NCBI GenBank assembly: GCA_045637905.1
Contig: JAZUAJ010000008.1
Span: 25,085 to 89,084 of the forward strand
Length of the DNA stretch: 64,000 bases
From: Christensenellaceae bacterium
GTDB lineage: Bacteria; Bacillota; Clostridia; Christensenellales; Borkfalkiaceae
Direction of reading: 5' to 3'
The notes under the pieces are model-generated. The model did not search any database and was not told where the DNA came from. It saw nothing but the letters and a program-made list of their open reading frames with translations. Numbering within the stretch: the stretch's first letter is position 1; each line of letters begins with the position of its first letter. Below, piece after piece: positions 8,647-17,769 of the stretch. The position numbers and the translations under genes are program-made.

Positions 8647-9159
8647 ATGGAATTTAATAAAGTTTTAGAAAATAGATTTTCCGTTCGCGATTTTTCAAGC
8701 GCGCCCGTTGAAGATGAAAAAATAGAAGCGATTTTAGACGCGATAAAGTTTGCGCCAACGGCAAAAAACACTCAATGCCAAGAAGTTTACGTTTTAAAGA
8801 GCAAGGAAGCCATTGAAAAAATACGTTCAATAACTAACAACGCGTTTAACGCTCCGCTCGTTTTTATAACTTGCGCTAATTTAGATAGAGAGTGTCATTT
8901 AAAATATCCCGTTAGAAGTTTTAAAGAAACCGACGTTTCAATAATTCAAACCTATATGATGCTTAAAGCAAGCGACCTTGGTCTTGATAGTTGTTGGGTT
9001 TGCCGTTTTCTACCAGAAGAGGTTCAAAAGGCGTTTAATATGCCGGAAAATATAGTTCCGTTAAACCTTTTATTAGTTGGTTATAAGCAAGACGGCGTAG
9101 AGCCAAATCCAAGGCATTTTGATAGGCTTAATAAAGAAGATTTTGTTAAAATTGTATAA
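8647..9159 (+). CDS. nitroreductase family protein
   Basis: 170 aa. N-terminal NRFSVRDF motif typical of the NfsA/NfsB-fold family. AAGGAG RBS. Confidence 0.78.
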   Translation: MEFNKVLENRFSVRDFSSAPVEDEKIEAILDAIKFAPTAKNTQCQEVYVLKSKEAIEKIRSITNNAFNAPLVFITCANLDRECHLKYPVRSFKETDVSIIQTYMMLKASDLGLDSCWVCRFLPEEVQKAFNMPENIVPLNLLLVGYKQDGVEPNPRHFDRLNKEDFVKIV

Positions 9160-9211
9160 TATTTATATTATACAAAAATAAAAAAACCGCCTAAATTTAC
9201 GCGTATACAAA

Positions 9212-9238
9212 AAGGCAACGAATTTACTTCGTTGCCTT
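9212..9238. terminator. bidirectional terminator between convergent nitroreductase and fba genes
   Basis: Stem AAGGCAACGAA/TTCGTTGCCTT flanked by A-run and T-run. Confidence 0.7.
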
Positions 9239-9264
9239 TATTTTTATTTGTAAAAGAACCTTTA

Positions 9265-10239
9265 TTATAAGCATTTATCGCCGTTACCAGCACAGCCTAA
9301 AACGTTTACGAGTTTGTGTTTAACAATTTCCTTAATAGTAGCCCTTGCAGGTTTTAAATATTCGCGTGGGTCGAACTTGTCAGGGTGTTCAACCATAAAC
9401 TTTCTAACGGTAGCAGTCATAGCAAGCCTAATATCAGAGTCAATGTTAATTTTGCAAACTGCAAGTTTAGCCGCTTCTCTTAATTGTTCTTCTGGAACGC
9501 CTATTGCGTTAGGCATTTTACCGCCGAATTCGTTTACCATTTTAACGTATTCTTGTGGAACGGAAGAAGAACCGTGTAAAACGATAGGGAAGTTAGGTAA
9601 GCGTTTAGAAACTTCTTCTAAAATGTCAAAACGGAGTGGAGGTGGAACTAAAATACCCTTTTCGTTTACGGTGCATTGTTCCGGTTTAAATTTGTAAGCC
9701 CCGTGTGAAGTGCCAATTGCAATAGCGAGCGAGTCAACACCCGTTCTCGTTACGAATTCTTCAACTTCTTCTGGTCTTGTATAAGAGCCTTCTGCGTGTG
9801 AAACTTCGTCTTCAATACCAGCCAAAGTGCCAAGTTCGCCTTCAACGGTAACACCGCGTTCGTGTGCGTATTCAACAACTTTTTTAGTAAGAGCAATATT
9901 GTCTTCAAAACTGTGCGCAGAACCGTCAATCATAACGGAAGTGAAACCGCCGTCTATACAAGATTTACAAGTTTCAAAGTCAGGACCGTGGTCAAGGTGA
10001 AGTGCTATAGGAATTTCAGGACATTCCTTAACTGCTGCTTCAACAAGTTTAACAAGGTAAGTGTGGTTTGCGTAAGCGCGCGCACCTTTTGAAACTTGCA
10101 AAATAACTGGCGCGTTTGCCTCTTTGCACGCTTCCGTAATACCTTGCACGATTTCCATGTTGTTTACGTTAAAAGCGCCTACTGCATAGCCGTTTTTATA
10201 CGCGTGTTCAAACATTTTTTTAGTATTAACTAATGGCAT
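9265..10239 (-). CDS. fba: class II fructose-1,6-bisphosphate aldolase
   Basis: MPLVNTKKMFEHAYKNGYAVGAFNVNNME...LHLDHG... 324 aa, class IIB-like length. Confidence 0.92.
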   Translation of the reverse strand: MPLVNTKKMFEHAYKNGYAVGAFNVNNMEIVQGITEACKEANAPVILQVSKGARAYANHTYLVKLVEAAVKECPEIPIALHLDHGPDFETCKSCIDGGFTSVMIDGSAHSFEDNIALTKKVVEYAHERGVTVEGELGTLAGIEDEVSHAEGSYTRPEEVEEFVTRTGVDSLAIAIGTSHGAYKFKPEQCTVNEKGILVPPPLRFDILEEVSKRLPNFPIVLHGSSSVPQEYVKMVNEFGGKMPNAIGVPEEQLREAAKLAVCKINIDSDIRLAMTATVRKFMVEHPDKFDPREYLKPARATIKEIVKHKLVNVLGCAGNGDKCL

Positions 10240-10465
10240 AATAATTCCCCCTAATCATTTTGTAAATTTTTATTTATTTCAATTTGGTATTATACACCAA
10301 AATTTTGTAAAGGGCAATTAAAAAAGCCAACTTTATTAAATTTAACTTAATTTTTTACGATTTTTATTAGAAGTATAAAATTTTAAAGGTTTGTCAACAA
10401 TTAAAATATACAAAAGCACCCGTTTCTACATATAATATAACGGGGCTTATTTTATAGGTGAATTT

Positions 10466-10819
10466 ATGATTAAACGCGGAGAACTTTATTACGCGGATTT
10501 AAGCCCTGTTATCGGAAGTGAACAAGGTGGCGTTAGACCGGTGCTCGTAGTTCAAAACGACGTTGGCAACAAATACAGTCCCACCGTTATAGCCGCCGCC
10601 GTAACGAGTAAGATAAACAAGGCTAAACTTCCAACTCATATTGAACTTGATGCAATTAAATACGGGCTTTTAAAAGATTCCGTAGTTTTACTTGAACAAA
10701 TACGAACTATTGATAAGCGCAGGCTTAAAGAAAGAATAGGAATACTTCCAGAAAGTACTATGAAAGCCGTTGACGACGCGCTTTTAATAAGTTTAGGCTT
10801 TATACAAAAAGCATACTAA
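10466..10819 (+). CDS. mazF: MazF/EndoA (NdoA/PemK-family) mRNA interferase toxin
   Basis: [48 protein letters not shown]... is near-collinear with my recollection of B. subtilis EndoA, including the GGVRP and SPT motifs. AGGTG RBS. Confidence 0.9.
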   Translation: MIKRGELYYADLSPVIGSEQGGVRPVLVVQNDVGNKYSPTVIAAAVTSKINKAKLPTHIELDAIKYGLLKDSVVLLEQIRTIDKRRLKERIGILPESTMKAVDDALLISLGFIQKAY

Positions 10820-10848
10820 ATTCTCGTTTTTTAGCGAGAATTTTTTTA
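10819..10848 (+). terminator. intrinsic terminator after mazF
   Basis: Stem AATTCTCG/CGAGAATT followed by a T7 run. Confidence 0.75.
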
Positions 10849-10982
10849 TTAAAAAATAATTTATTATTTTAAAACATTGTTTTTTAAAAAATAGTGTGGT
10901 ATAATCGTATAAAATAGGATGGCGTACTATGGCTAAAAATCACGGTTTACGCTATTCGCATATAAAAAAGGAGTGTTTTACT

Positions 10983-11465
10983 ATGAAAAAGAATAAAGGA
11001 CTTAAAATAGCCGTTACCGCGGTTGCACTTATTTTAGTGGTATTATTAGCAGGCGTATTAGGCGTGCTTATTGAAATGGGCGTTATTAAAACGGAACTTT
11101 CTTCGTTTAAAGTTATGCTTTGCGTTCTATTACTTGGCGCGGGCGCGTACCTTACGGTTTACTCAATCGTTACGAAAGGCGGTTACGAATATGCAATAGG
11201 CTCTCTCGTGCTTACGGTTGGCGTAGTAGTATTGCTTGCCTTTTTAAAAGTATTTTGGGCAATCGTTTTAATAGTTGGTTTAACTATGCTTGCGTTAGTA
11301 ATTTTAGGCTTATTCTTATTAAAGGCTAAACCTTTAACCATTGAAAGAACGAACGAAAAAGAAGACTTCGTGCCTTACATGGAACGCATTAAAAATGAAA
11401 AGCAAAAAGAAAAGGAAGAAGAAGGCGAAATGCCTACTTTAAAGTCTTTTAAAGACGATAATTAA
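10983..11465 (+). CDS. hypothetical membrane protein (4 predicted TM segments, charged KE-rich C-terminal tail)
   Basis: Start moved to MKKNKGLKIAV at 10983, which has an AAAAAGGAG RBS. An extended -10 TGTGGTATAAT lies at ~10895-10908, inside the track's longer ORF. Confidence 0.6.
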   Translation: MKKNKGLKIAVTAVALILVVLLAGVLGVLIEMGVIKTELSSFKVMLCVLLLGAGAYLTVYSIVTKGGYEYAIGSLVLTVGVVVLLAFLKVFWAIVLIVGLTMLALVILGLFLLKAKPLTIERTNEKEDFVPYMERIKNEKQKEKEEEGEMPTLKSFKDDN

Positions 11466-11509
11466 AAATTTATAATTTTTAAATTTTTTCTAAATAGAAG
11501 GGCTGAATT

Positions 11510-12970
11510 ATGGATAAAAGAAATTTAACGTTACTTACGGACCTTTATCAACTCACTATGATGAACGGTTATTTAAAGAAAAATAAATGTCAAGAGTGGG
11601 TTGTGTTCGACGTGTTTTTTAGGCAAAACGAACTTATAACTTATTCGCTTTTTGCAGGGCTTGAACAAGCCGTAAATTATGTTACCGACATATCTTTTTC
11701 AAAAGAAGATATCGATTATTTAAGGGGTTTAAAATTATTTAACGAAGACTTTTTAAATTATCTTTCTAATATGAAATTTACAGGCGACGTTTACGCCGTT
11801 AAAGAAGGCACTATGGTTTTCCCCGGCGAGCCTATTTTAACCGTAAAAGCACCTATTATGGAAGCGCAATTTATTGAAACCGCAATTTTAAATATTTTAA
11901 ACCACCAAACTCTAATTGCGTCTAAGGCGGCAAAAGTTTGCTATTCTGCTAAAGGCGACACGGTTATGGAATTTGGTTTAAGGCGTGCACAAGGGCCAGA
12001 CGCTGGCTTGTATGGTGCGCGTGCGGCAATTATAGGCGGTTGCAATTCAACGAGTAACGTTTTAGCGGGTAAAATGTTCGACGTTCCCGTTGCGGGCACT
12101 CACGCTCACAGTTGGGTTATGAATTTTGATAGCGAATACGAAGCCTTTAAAGCGTATGCCGAGTGTTATCCTAATTCCGTTTTACTTTTAGTTGACACTT
12201 ACGACACTTTGCGTAGCGGTATTCCAAACGCCATAAAAGTGTTTAAAGAAGTTAAAGAAAAGGGCGGAAAGCCCGTTGGTATAAGGCTTGATAGCGGTGA
12301 CCTTGCATATTTAACTAAAAAAGCGCGCCAAATGCTTGACGACGCTGGGTTTAACGACGTTATTATTTGCGCAAGCGGTGATTTAGATGAAAAACTTATT
12401 CAATCGTTAAAAGTTCAAGGCGCAAAAATCAATTCTTGGGGTATAGGCACTAAACTTATAACGAGTGCCGATATGCCTGCGCTTGGCGGTGTTTATAAAC
12501 TTGCGGGCGTTGTTAATAGCGACGGAACTATTACGCCAAAAATTAAAGTTAGTGAAACTTCGGCTAAAATAACTAACCCTGGCTTTAAAAAGGTGGTTAG
12601 AATTTACGATAAAGGTAGCGGTAAAGCCGAAGCCGATTTAATTATGCTTTTTGACGAAGAAATAGACCAAACCAAACCGCTTACCATAACTCACCCTATC
12701 GACACTTGGAAAAAAATTACTTTTACAAATTATTTTGTAAAAACTTTAACAACTCAAATAATTTCAAAGGGCAAAGTTGTTTACGAAATGCCTAAACTTA
12801 AAGAAATTGCAACTTACGCAAAAGGCGAAATGGCAACTTTTTGGGACGAATATTTGAGAATTGACAGTCCGCACATTTATAAAGTAGACTTGTCGGATAA
12901 ACTTTTAGCGTTGAAAACGGAAATGCTTTCAAACGTTAAAAAAGGAACGGTAAAAAATGAAAGAAGTTAA
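11510..12970 (+). CDS. pncB: nicotinate phosphoribosyltransferase
   Basis: LTDLYQLTMMNGY N-terminal signature. 486 aa. Confidence 0.9.
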   Translation: MDKRNLTLLTDLYQLTMMNGYLKKNKCQEWVVFDVFFRQNELITYSLFAGLEQAVNYVTDISFSKEDIDYLRGLKLFNEDFLNYLSNMKFTGDVYAVKEGTMVFPGEPILTVKAPIMEAQFIETAILNILNHQTLIASKAAKVCYSAKGDTVMEFGLRRAQGPDAGLYGARAAIIGGCNSTSNVLAGKMFDVPVAGTHAHSWVMNFDSEYEAFKAYAECYPNSVLLLVDTYDTLRSGIPNAIKVFKEVKEKGGKPVGIRLDSGDLAYLTKKARQMLDDAGFNDVIICASGDLDEKLIQSLKVQGAKINSWGIGTKLITSADMPALGGVYKLAGVVNSDGTITPKIKVSETSAKITNPGFKKVVRIYDKGSGKAEADLIMLFDEEIDQTKPLTITHPIDTWKKITFTNYFVKTLTTQIISKGKVVYEMPKLKEIATYAKGEMATFWDEYLRIDSPHIYKVDLSDKLLALKTEMLSNVKKGTVKNERS

Positions 12971-13385
12971 AAAAAGCGTAAAAGGCGTTGACGCTCAAAT
13001 AGTTGAAAATGCAAAAATGCGCGCTAAAATTATTACGAGTTCGGCGCGTGAACAATATAAAACTGAAGTTGACGCATTAAAACTTTTTATTGATAGGTGG
13101 ACTGCGTTCGTTAGCGATACCGTAAAAAGTTATCCAAGCGACAAAACGCGCAAACTCGTTGCCGTTTCGGATATGATTAAAGAAATTTTGCAAGGCGACG
13201 ACTGTGCTACCGTTTCAAACAAGCAAAAAATTGAAGAAATTTATAAAATTACAGACGGGTTTAAAATGCAAGCGCCGTCGCTTTACGGCGAAAGTGAAAA
13301 CGGCTTTAATATGGAAGACGTGTTAAATCCAAAAGGCAACTTAGACCTTATGGAACTTTGCAAAGAGTTAGGAGTTACCGAATAA
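12957..13385 (+). CDS. hypothetical coiled-coil protein (function unknown)
   Basis: 142-aa ORF overlapping the pncB end by 14 nt and sharing TAATG with lspA. AAGGAA RBS. No motif that I can assign. Confidence 0.55.
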   Translation: MKEVKKSVKGVDAQIVENAKMRAKIITSSAREQYKTEVDALKLFIDRWTAFVSDTVKSYPSDKTRKLVAVSDMIKEILQGDDCATVSNKQKIEEIYKITDGFKMQAPSLYGESENGFNMEDVLNPKGNLDLMELCKELGVTE

Positions 13386-13894
13386 TGTTTTTTATAATTT
13401 TGGCTATCGTTGCGGTGCTCGTTTTGGCACTTGATTTTATAACTAAATATTTATCGGTTAAATACAGTTTTAATTTTGTTGTAATTCCTAATATTTTAAA
13501 GTTTCGCCAAGCGTATAACACGGGCGCGGCTTTCGGCTTTTTAGACGATAAAGTTTGGGCTAAATATTTCTTTATAACTTTAACGGTTTTAACTTGCCTT
13601 GCAATAATATCATACTTTGTTTTTAACATAGTTAAAAAGAAGAATATTTCAAAGTGGTTAGGCGTAGCGTTAACGCTTGTGTTATCTGGTGCAATAGGCA
13701 ATTTATACGATAGAATTGTTTTAGGAAAAGTTCGCGATTTTATCTTCTTTTTTTATAACACTAATATTTTTCCGTTTATCTTTAACGTTGCCGACTCTGC
13801 ACTCGTTATAGGCGTTATTATGCTTATAATTTATATGCTATTTTTAGATAAAGACGCTGTTTTTAGAATAAAAGGAAACGGTAATGGAAATTAA
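13385..13894 (+). CDS. lspA: lipoprotein signal peptidase II
   Basis: NTGAAFGF, GNLYDR and FNVADS motifs. Start set at MFFIILAIV (13385), overlapping the upstream stop (TAATG), with a TTAGGAG RBS. Confidence 0.88.
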   Translation: MFFIILAIVAVLVLALDFITKYLSVKYSFNFVVIPNILKFRQAYNTGAAFGFLDDKVWAKYFFITLTVLTCLAIISYFVFNIVKKKNISKWLGVALTLVLSGAIGNLYDRIVLGKVRDFIFFFYNTNIFPFIFNVADSALVIGVIMLIIYMLFLDKDAVFRIKGNGNGN

Positions 13895-14786
13895 AAGAAT
13901 TACGGTAGAAAGTAGTGGCGAAAGGGCAGACGTTTACCTTTCAACCGCGCTTGACTACACGCGCTCACGCGTTAAAAAGATTTTAGACGACGGCTTAGCA
14001 AGCGTTGACGGCAAACCTTTAAAACCAAGAGATATTTTAAAGCAAGGTAGCGTCGTAACGGTTGAAATTAAAGAGCCAACTAACTTAGAAGTTAAGGCGG
14101 TAGATATTCCGCTTGATATCGTTTACGAAGATAGCGACCTTGCCGTTATAAATAAAGAACAAGGTTTAACGGTGCACGCGGGTAGCGGTACGAACGAAAA
14201 CACGCTTGTAAACGCGCTACTTTATAAACTTGACAGTTTAAGCGGTATAAACGGCGTTATTCGCCCCGGAATTGTTCATAGAATAGATAAAGACACGTCT
14301 GGCCTATTAGTAGTTGCTAAAAACGACAAGGCGCATTTAAGTTTGGCAAGCCAAATACAAAACAAAACTTGTTCACGCGTGTACGTTGCGCTATTAGAGG
14401 GTAATTTAAAAAGCGATAGCGGTGTTATAGACACGTTTATTGACCGTTCAACTAAAAATAGAACGATGATGGCTGTTTCGAGTAGCGGAAGAAACGCCGT
14501 AACGGAATATAAAGTTTTAAAGCGTTTTGACGGCTACACTTTATGCGAGTTTAGGCTTAAAACGGGTAGAACGCATCAAATTCGCGTTCACGCAAAGCAT
14601 TTAGGACACCCCGTTGTTGGCGACTTGGTTTACGGTTTTAAAGCAAACAAGTTTGATTTAAAGGGGCAACTTTTACACGCAAAAGAACTTTCGTTTATTC
14701 ACCCTACCACAAACGAAAAAGTTACTTTTACCGCTCCTATACCAGCACACTTTGAAAACGTTTTAAAAAAATTAAAGGAAATTTAA
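13884..14786 (+). CDS. rluD: RluA-family 23S rRNA pseudouridine synthase (RluD-like)
   Basis: N-terminal S4-like domain. Catalytic HRIDKDTSGLLVVAK motif. 300 aa. Confidence 0.88.
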   Translation: MEIKRITVESSGERADVYLSTALDYTRSRVKKILDDGLASVDGKPLKPRDILKQGSVVTVEIKEPTNLEVKAVDIPLDIVYEDSDLAVINKEQGLTVHAGSGTNENTLVNALLYKLDSLSGINGVIRPGIVHRIDKDTSGLLVVAKNDKAHLSLASQIQNKTCSRVYVALLEGNLKSDSGVIDTFIDRSTKNRTMMAVSSSGRNAVTEYKVLKRFDGYTLCEFRLKTGRTHQIRVHAKHLGHPVVGDLVYGFKANKFDLKGQLLHAKELSFIHPTTNEKVTFTAPIPAHFENVLKKLKEI

Positions 14787-14795
14787 AATTCCATA

Positions 14796-14824
14796 TTGAC
14801 ACGCCCGAGTTTGGGGTGTATACT
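14796..14824 (+). promoter_or_regulatory. sigma-A promoter of the pyrR-pyrP leader
   Basis: TTGACA (14796-14801), 17 nt spacer, TATACT (14819-14824). Confidence 0.6.
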
Positions 14825-14835
14825 TTAGTAGAAAA

Positions 14836-14868
14836 GTCTTTAAAAAGGTACGGTGATACTTTCAAGGC
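14836..14868 (+). promoter_or_regulatory. candidate PyrR-binding (anti-antiterminator) hairpin
   Basis: GUCUUUAAAAAGGUACGGUGAUACUUUCAAGGC. It has outer pairing GUCUU/AAGGC and UUUAA...AAGG flanks, reminiscent of the PyrR binding loop. The central GUCCAGAGAGG core is only partly matched. Confidence 0.4.
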
Positions 14869-14899
14869 AACTTTTACTTAATTTTTGTGCACAATCTTA

Positions 14900-14929
14900 G
14901 CGCCTTGTTGTATGCAAGGCGTTTTTTTT
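14900..14929 (+). terminator. leader (attenuator) terminator upstream of pyrR
   Basis: Stem CGCCTTG/CAAGGCG followed by a T8 run, 10 nt before the pyrR start. Confidence 0.75.
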
Positions 14930-14939
14930 GCGAGGTAAT

Positions 14940-15476
14940 ATGAAAGAAACTACAATACTTATGGACGAAATGGCGCAAAACCGCGCATTATTTAGAATAT
15001 CTCACGAAATTATTGAAAAGAATAAAGGCGCGGAAAATTTAGTGCTTTTAGGTATTCGCACGCGCGGAATTCCTATGGCAAAAAGGCTTAAAAACAACAT
15101 TTATAATATAGAAAAGGTTGACGTTCCTTTCGACGTTATCGATATTACGCTTTATAGAGACGATTTAAGTGAAATTGCCGAAGCGCCATCGCTAACGGGC
15201 GAGCCGTTAAAAGTAGACGTTAAGGGTAAACGCGTTGTTTTATGTGACGACGTTTTGTTTACGGGCAGAACTGCACGCGCCGCAATAGAAGCGGTTTTAA
15301 AGGCGGGTAGACCGCAAAGCATACAACTTGCCGTTTTAATTGACCGCGGGCATAGGGAACTTCCAATACGGGCAGACTACGTTGGTAAAAATATTCCAAC
15401 TTCATTAAATGAAGTTGTTGCCGTAAAATTTGACGAAGTTGACGGCGAAAACGTAGTTAAACTTTTTAAAAGATAA
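14940..15476 (+). CDS. pyrR: bifunctional pyrimidine operon attenuation regulator / uracil phosphoribosyltransferase PyrR
   Basis: [24 protein letters not shown]...[16 protein letters not shown] (PRPP motif). ATG at 14940 with a GAGG RBS is preferred over the track's TTG at 14928, which lies in the terminator U-run. Confidence 0.9.
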   Translation: MKETTILMDEMAQNRALFRISHEIIEKNKGAENLVLLGIRTRGIPMAKRLKNNIYNIEKVDVPFDVIDITLYRDDLSEIAEAPSLTGEPLKVDVKGKRVVLCDDVLFTGRTARAAIEAVLKAGRPQSIQLAVLIDRGHRELPIRADYVGKNIPTSLNEVVAVKFDEVDGENVVKLFKR

Positions 15477-15530
15477 AACTTTACGGCTTATGCCGAAAGA
15501 ATAAAAATTTTATACTAAGGAGATGTAAAA

Positions 15531-16913
15531 ATGAAACTCACTTACAACGTAAGCGATAAACCAGGTTTATGGAAAACCATAGTTTTCGCGTTGCAACAAA
15601 TGCTTGCTATTTTAGCGGCAACGATAGCAGTTCCTGCTATTATAGGTAACGGTATGAGTCAATCTGCGGCACTTTTCGGCGCAGGCGTTGGCACAATCGT
15701 ATATCTTTTATTTACTAAATTTAAGAGCCCTGTATTCCTTGGTTCTTCATTTGCCTTCCTTGGCTCAATGGGTGCTGCTTTCGCAGGTGCGGTAAGCACG
15801 TCTGTTGGTTACCTTGGTTTAATTATAGGCGCAATTTTAGCAGGTTTAGTATACGTAGTTATAGCGCTCGTAGTTAAATTTGCAGGCACTAAATGGATTG
15901 ATAAAATTATGCCGGCAGCGGTTATAGGACCTACGGTTGCTATTATCGGTTTATCACTTGCAGGTAACGCGGCGGGCGACCTTTTAAAAGGTAGCGTTTT
16001 AACTTCTCAAGATAATTGGGTTGTTAAAGTAATTGAAGGTTTACATATTGCGGTTAACGAACCAACTTTAGTTCCTACGGCTTCTCCATACGTTGCGCTT
16101 ATTTGCGGTTTAGTTACTTTATTTACAACTATTATTTGTTCTGTTTACGGCAAAAAAATGCTTAAAATGATTCCGTTTATTATCGGTATCGTTGCAGGCT
16201 ATATAGTTGCTTCTATCTTTACGGTTATCGGTATTTTAGCCGAAGTTCCTGCTTTACAAGTTATTAACTTTGGTTTATTTGCTAATATGGAATGGGTTCC
16301 TAAGTTTACTTTCCTTGAAGCGTTTAAAGGCTTTGAAGCGTTCACTTTTGAATACTTTATTACTATTTTAGTTGCTTACGTTCCAGTTGCTTTCGTTGTA
16401 TTTGCTGAACACTTATCAGACCATAAAAATATTTCTTCTATCATTGAAACAGACCTTACTAAAAACCCTGGTCTTCATAGAACGCTTTTAGGTGACGGCG
16501 TTGGCTCAATGGCAGGTGCTTTCTTCGGCGGTTGCCCTAACACTACTTACGGCGAATCAGTTGGTTGCGTAGCAATTTCTGGCAACGCTTCGGTAGTAAC
16601 TATTCTTACAACCGCTATTATTTGTATGGCTGCATCTTTCGTTGGTCCTTTCGTAACGTTCCTTGCTACAATTCCAAGTTGCGTAATGGGTGGCGTTTGC
16701 GTTGCATTATACGGCTTTATTGCAGTATCTGGTCTTAAAATGATTCAAAAAGTTGACCTTAACGACAATAGAAACCTTTTCACGGTTTCCGTAATTTTAA
16801 TTGCAGGCGTTGGTGGTTTAACACTTTCTTTCGGCGCTGTAACGATTACTTCTATTGCTTGCGCACTTATTTTAGGTATTATTACTAACGTTGTTGTTAA
16901 TATTAAAAAATAA
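15531..16913 (+). CDS. pyrP: uracil permease (NCS2/uracil-xanthine permease family)
   Basis: 460-aa polytopic NCS2-like protein immediately after pyrR, as in Bacillus pyrR-pyrP. AAGGAG RBS. Confidence 0.82.
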   Translation: MKLTYNVSDKPGLWKTIVFALQQMLAILAATIAVPAIIGNGMSQSAALFGAGVGTIVYLLFTKFKSPVFLGSSFAFLGSMGAAFAGAVSTSVGYLGLIIGAILAGLVYVVIALVVKFAGTKWIDKIMPAAVIGPTVAIIGLSLAGNAAGDLLKGSVLTSQDNWVVKVIEGLHIAVNEPTLVPTASPYVALICGLVTLFTTIICSVYGKKMLKMIPFIIGIVAGYIVASIFTVIGILAEVPALQVINFGLFANMEWVPKFTFLEAFKGFEAFTFEYFITILVAYVPVAFVVFAEHLSDHKNISSIIETDLTKNPGLHRTLLGDGVGSMAGAFFGGCPNTTYGESVGCVAISGNASVVTILTTAIICMAASFVGPFVTFLATIPSCVMGGVCVALYGFIAVSGLKMIQKVDLNDNRNLFTVSVILIAGVGGLTLSFGAVTITSIACALILGIITNVVVNIKK

Positions 16914-16930
16914 GAAAAATAATTAAAAGA

Positions 16931-16960
16931 AAAACGCGTTATTTTAACGCGTTTTTTTTT
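16931..16960 (+). terminator. intrinsic terminator after pyrP
   Basis: Perfect 10-bp stem AAAACGCGTT/AACGCGTTTT followed by a T-run. Confidence 0.8.
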
Positions 16961-17035
16961 ATTTGCCGTTATTGACATTTTTATAGTTTAAAAGTATAAT
17001 AATATTATAGAAAGTAATAAAAAAGGGGAATTATT

Positions 17036-17674
17036 ATGGCATTAAAAATAAACAAGTTGTTTAATACTACAAAAACTAAATTCTTTTGGCTATATATTGT
17101 TTTAGGCGCACTTTTTACGGTGCTTGCCGTTATGCTTATGCCTTTTTGGTTAGACGCTAATATTGACGTTTTCTTTGCTCCTTGGGGCTATAAAATTATA
17201 AAAATTGTAATTGCGGTTGCGCTCGTTTTATATTTAGTGTTCTTTCTACTTAAAAAATTAAAAGCAAAGTCTAACAAAGTTGTAAAAGTTTTAACTATTT
17301 TAGAATTCGTTATTCTTTCGCTTATTGCTATTGCTTGCGTGTTTAATCAATTCGTTCCGTTTAAAGTTGGCACGGTTGGTCAAGTTTTAGGCTTCGTTTT
17401 ATGGGTGCGTGGCTCTATTGAAGTGTTTAGAGCGTACTACTATGGTGGAAGCGGTGAAAATAACGCTAAATACCCAGTTTGGCAAATATTTATTACAATT
17501 TTGCTTATAAGCGCGGGCACTTACTTTATGGTAAGCAACGTTTTAAGCGATAAAGCCGTTTTATGGGCGGTAACTTCAATTATTGCTCTTTGCGGAATTA
17601 TAGCAATAGTTTTAGGTTTTTTAAAACAACCCGTAAAAAAAGCAAAAGTAAAACAAACTAATAAAGAAAACTAA
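17036..17674 (+). CDS. hypothetical membrane protein (about 6 TM segments)
   Basis: 212-aa hydrophobic ORF. AAGGGGAA RBS. Upstream TTGACA-17-TATAAT promoter at ~16972-17000. Confidence 0.6.
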   Translation: MALKINKLFNTTKTKFFWLYIVLGALFTVLAVMLMPFWLDANIDVFFAPWGYKIIKIVIAVALVLYLVFFLLKKLKAKSNKVVKVLTILEFVILSLIAIACVFNQFVPFKVGTVGQVLGFVLWVRGSIEVFRAYYYGGSGENNAKYPVWQIFITILLISAGTYFMVSNVLSDKAVLWAVTSIIALCGIIAIVLGFLKQPVKKAKVKQTNKEN

Positions 17675-17689
17675 AAAATAGCAAATAAA

Positions 17690-17733
17690 AAAACAACGCC
17701 TTGAACCTTTTGAGGCGTTGTTTTAGTTTTTTT
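17690..17733. terminator. bidirectional terminator between convergent genes
   Basis: Stem CAACGCC/GGCGTTG (17694-17720) flanked by A-run and T-runs. Confidence 0.7.
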
Positions 17734-17735
17734 AA

Positions 17736-17769
17736 GCCTATATCACATATAGTATTTTGTGATATAGCC
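17736..17769. repeat. 34-bp palindromic element with GGCTATATCAC-type arms
   Basis: GCCTATATCAC-12 nt-GTGATATAGCC. The right arm is the exact reverse complement of the left terminus of the 37570-37748 element. Confidence 0.6.
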
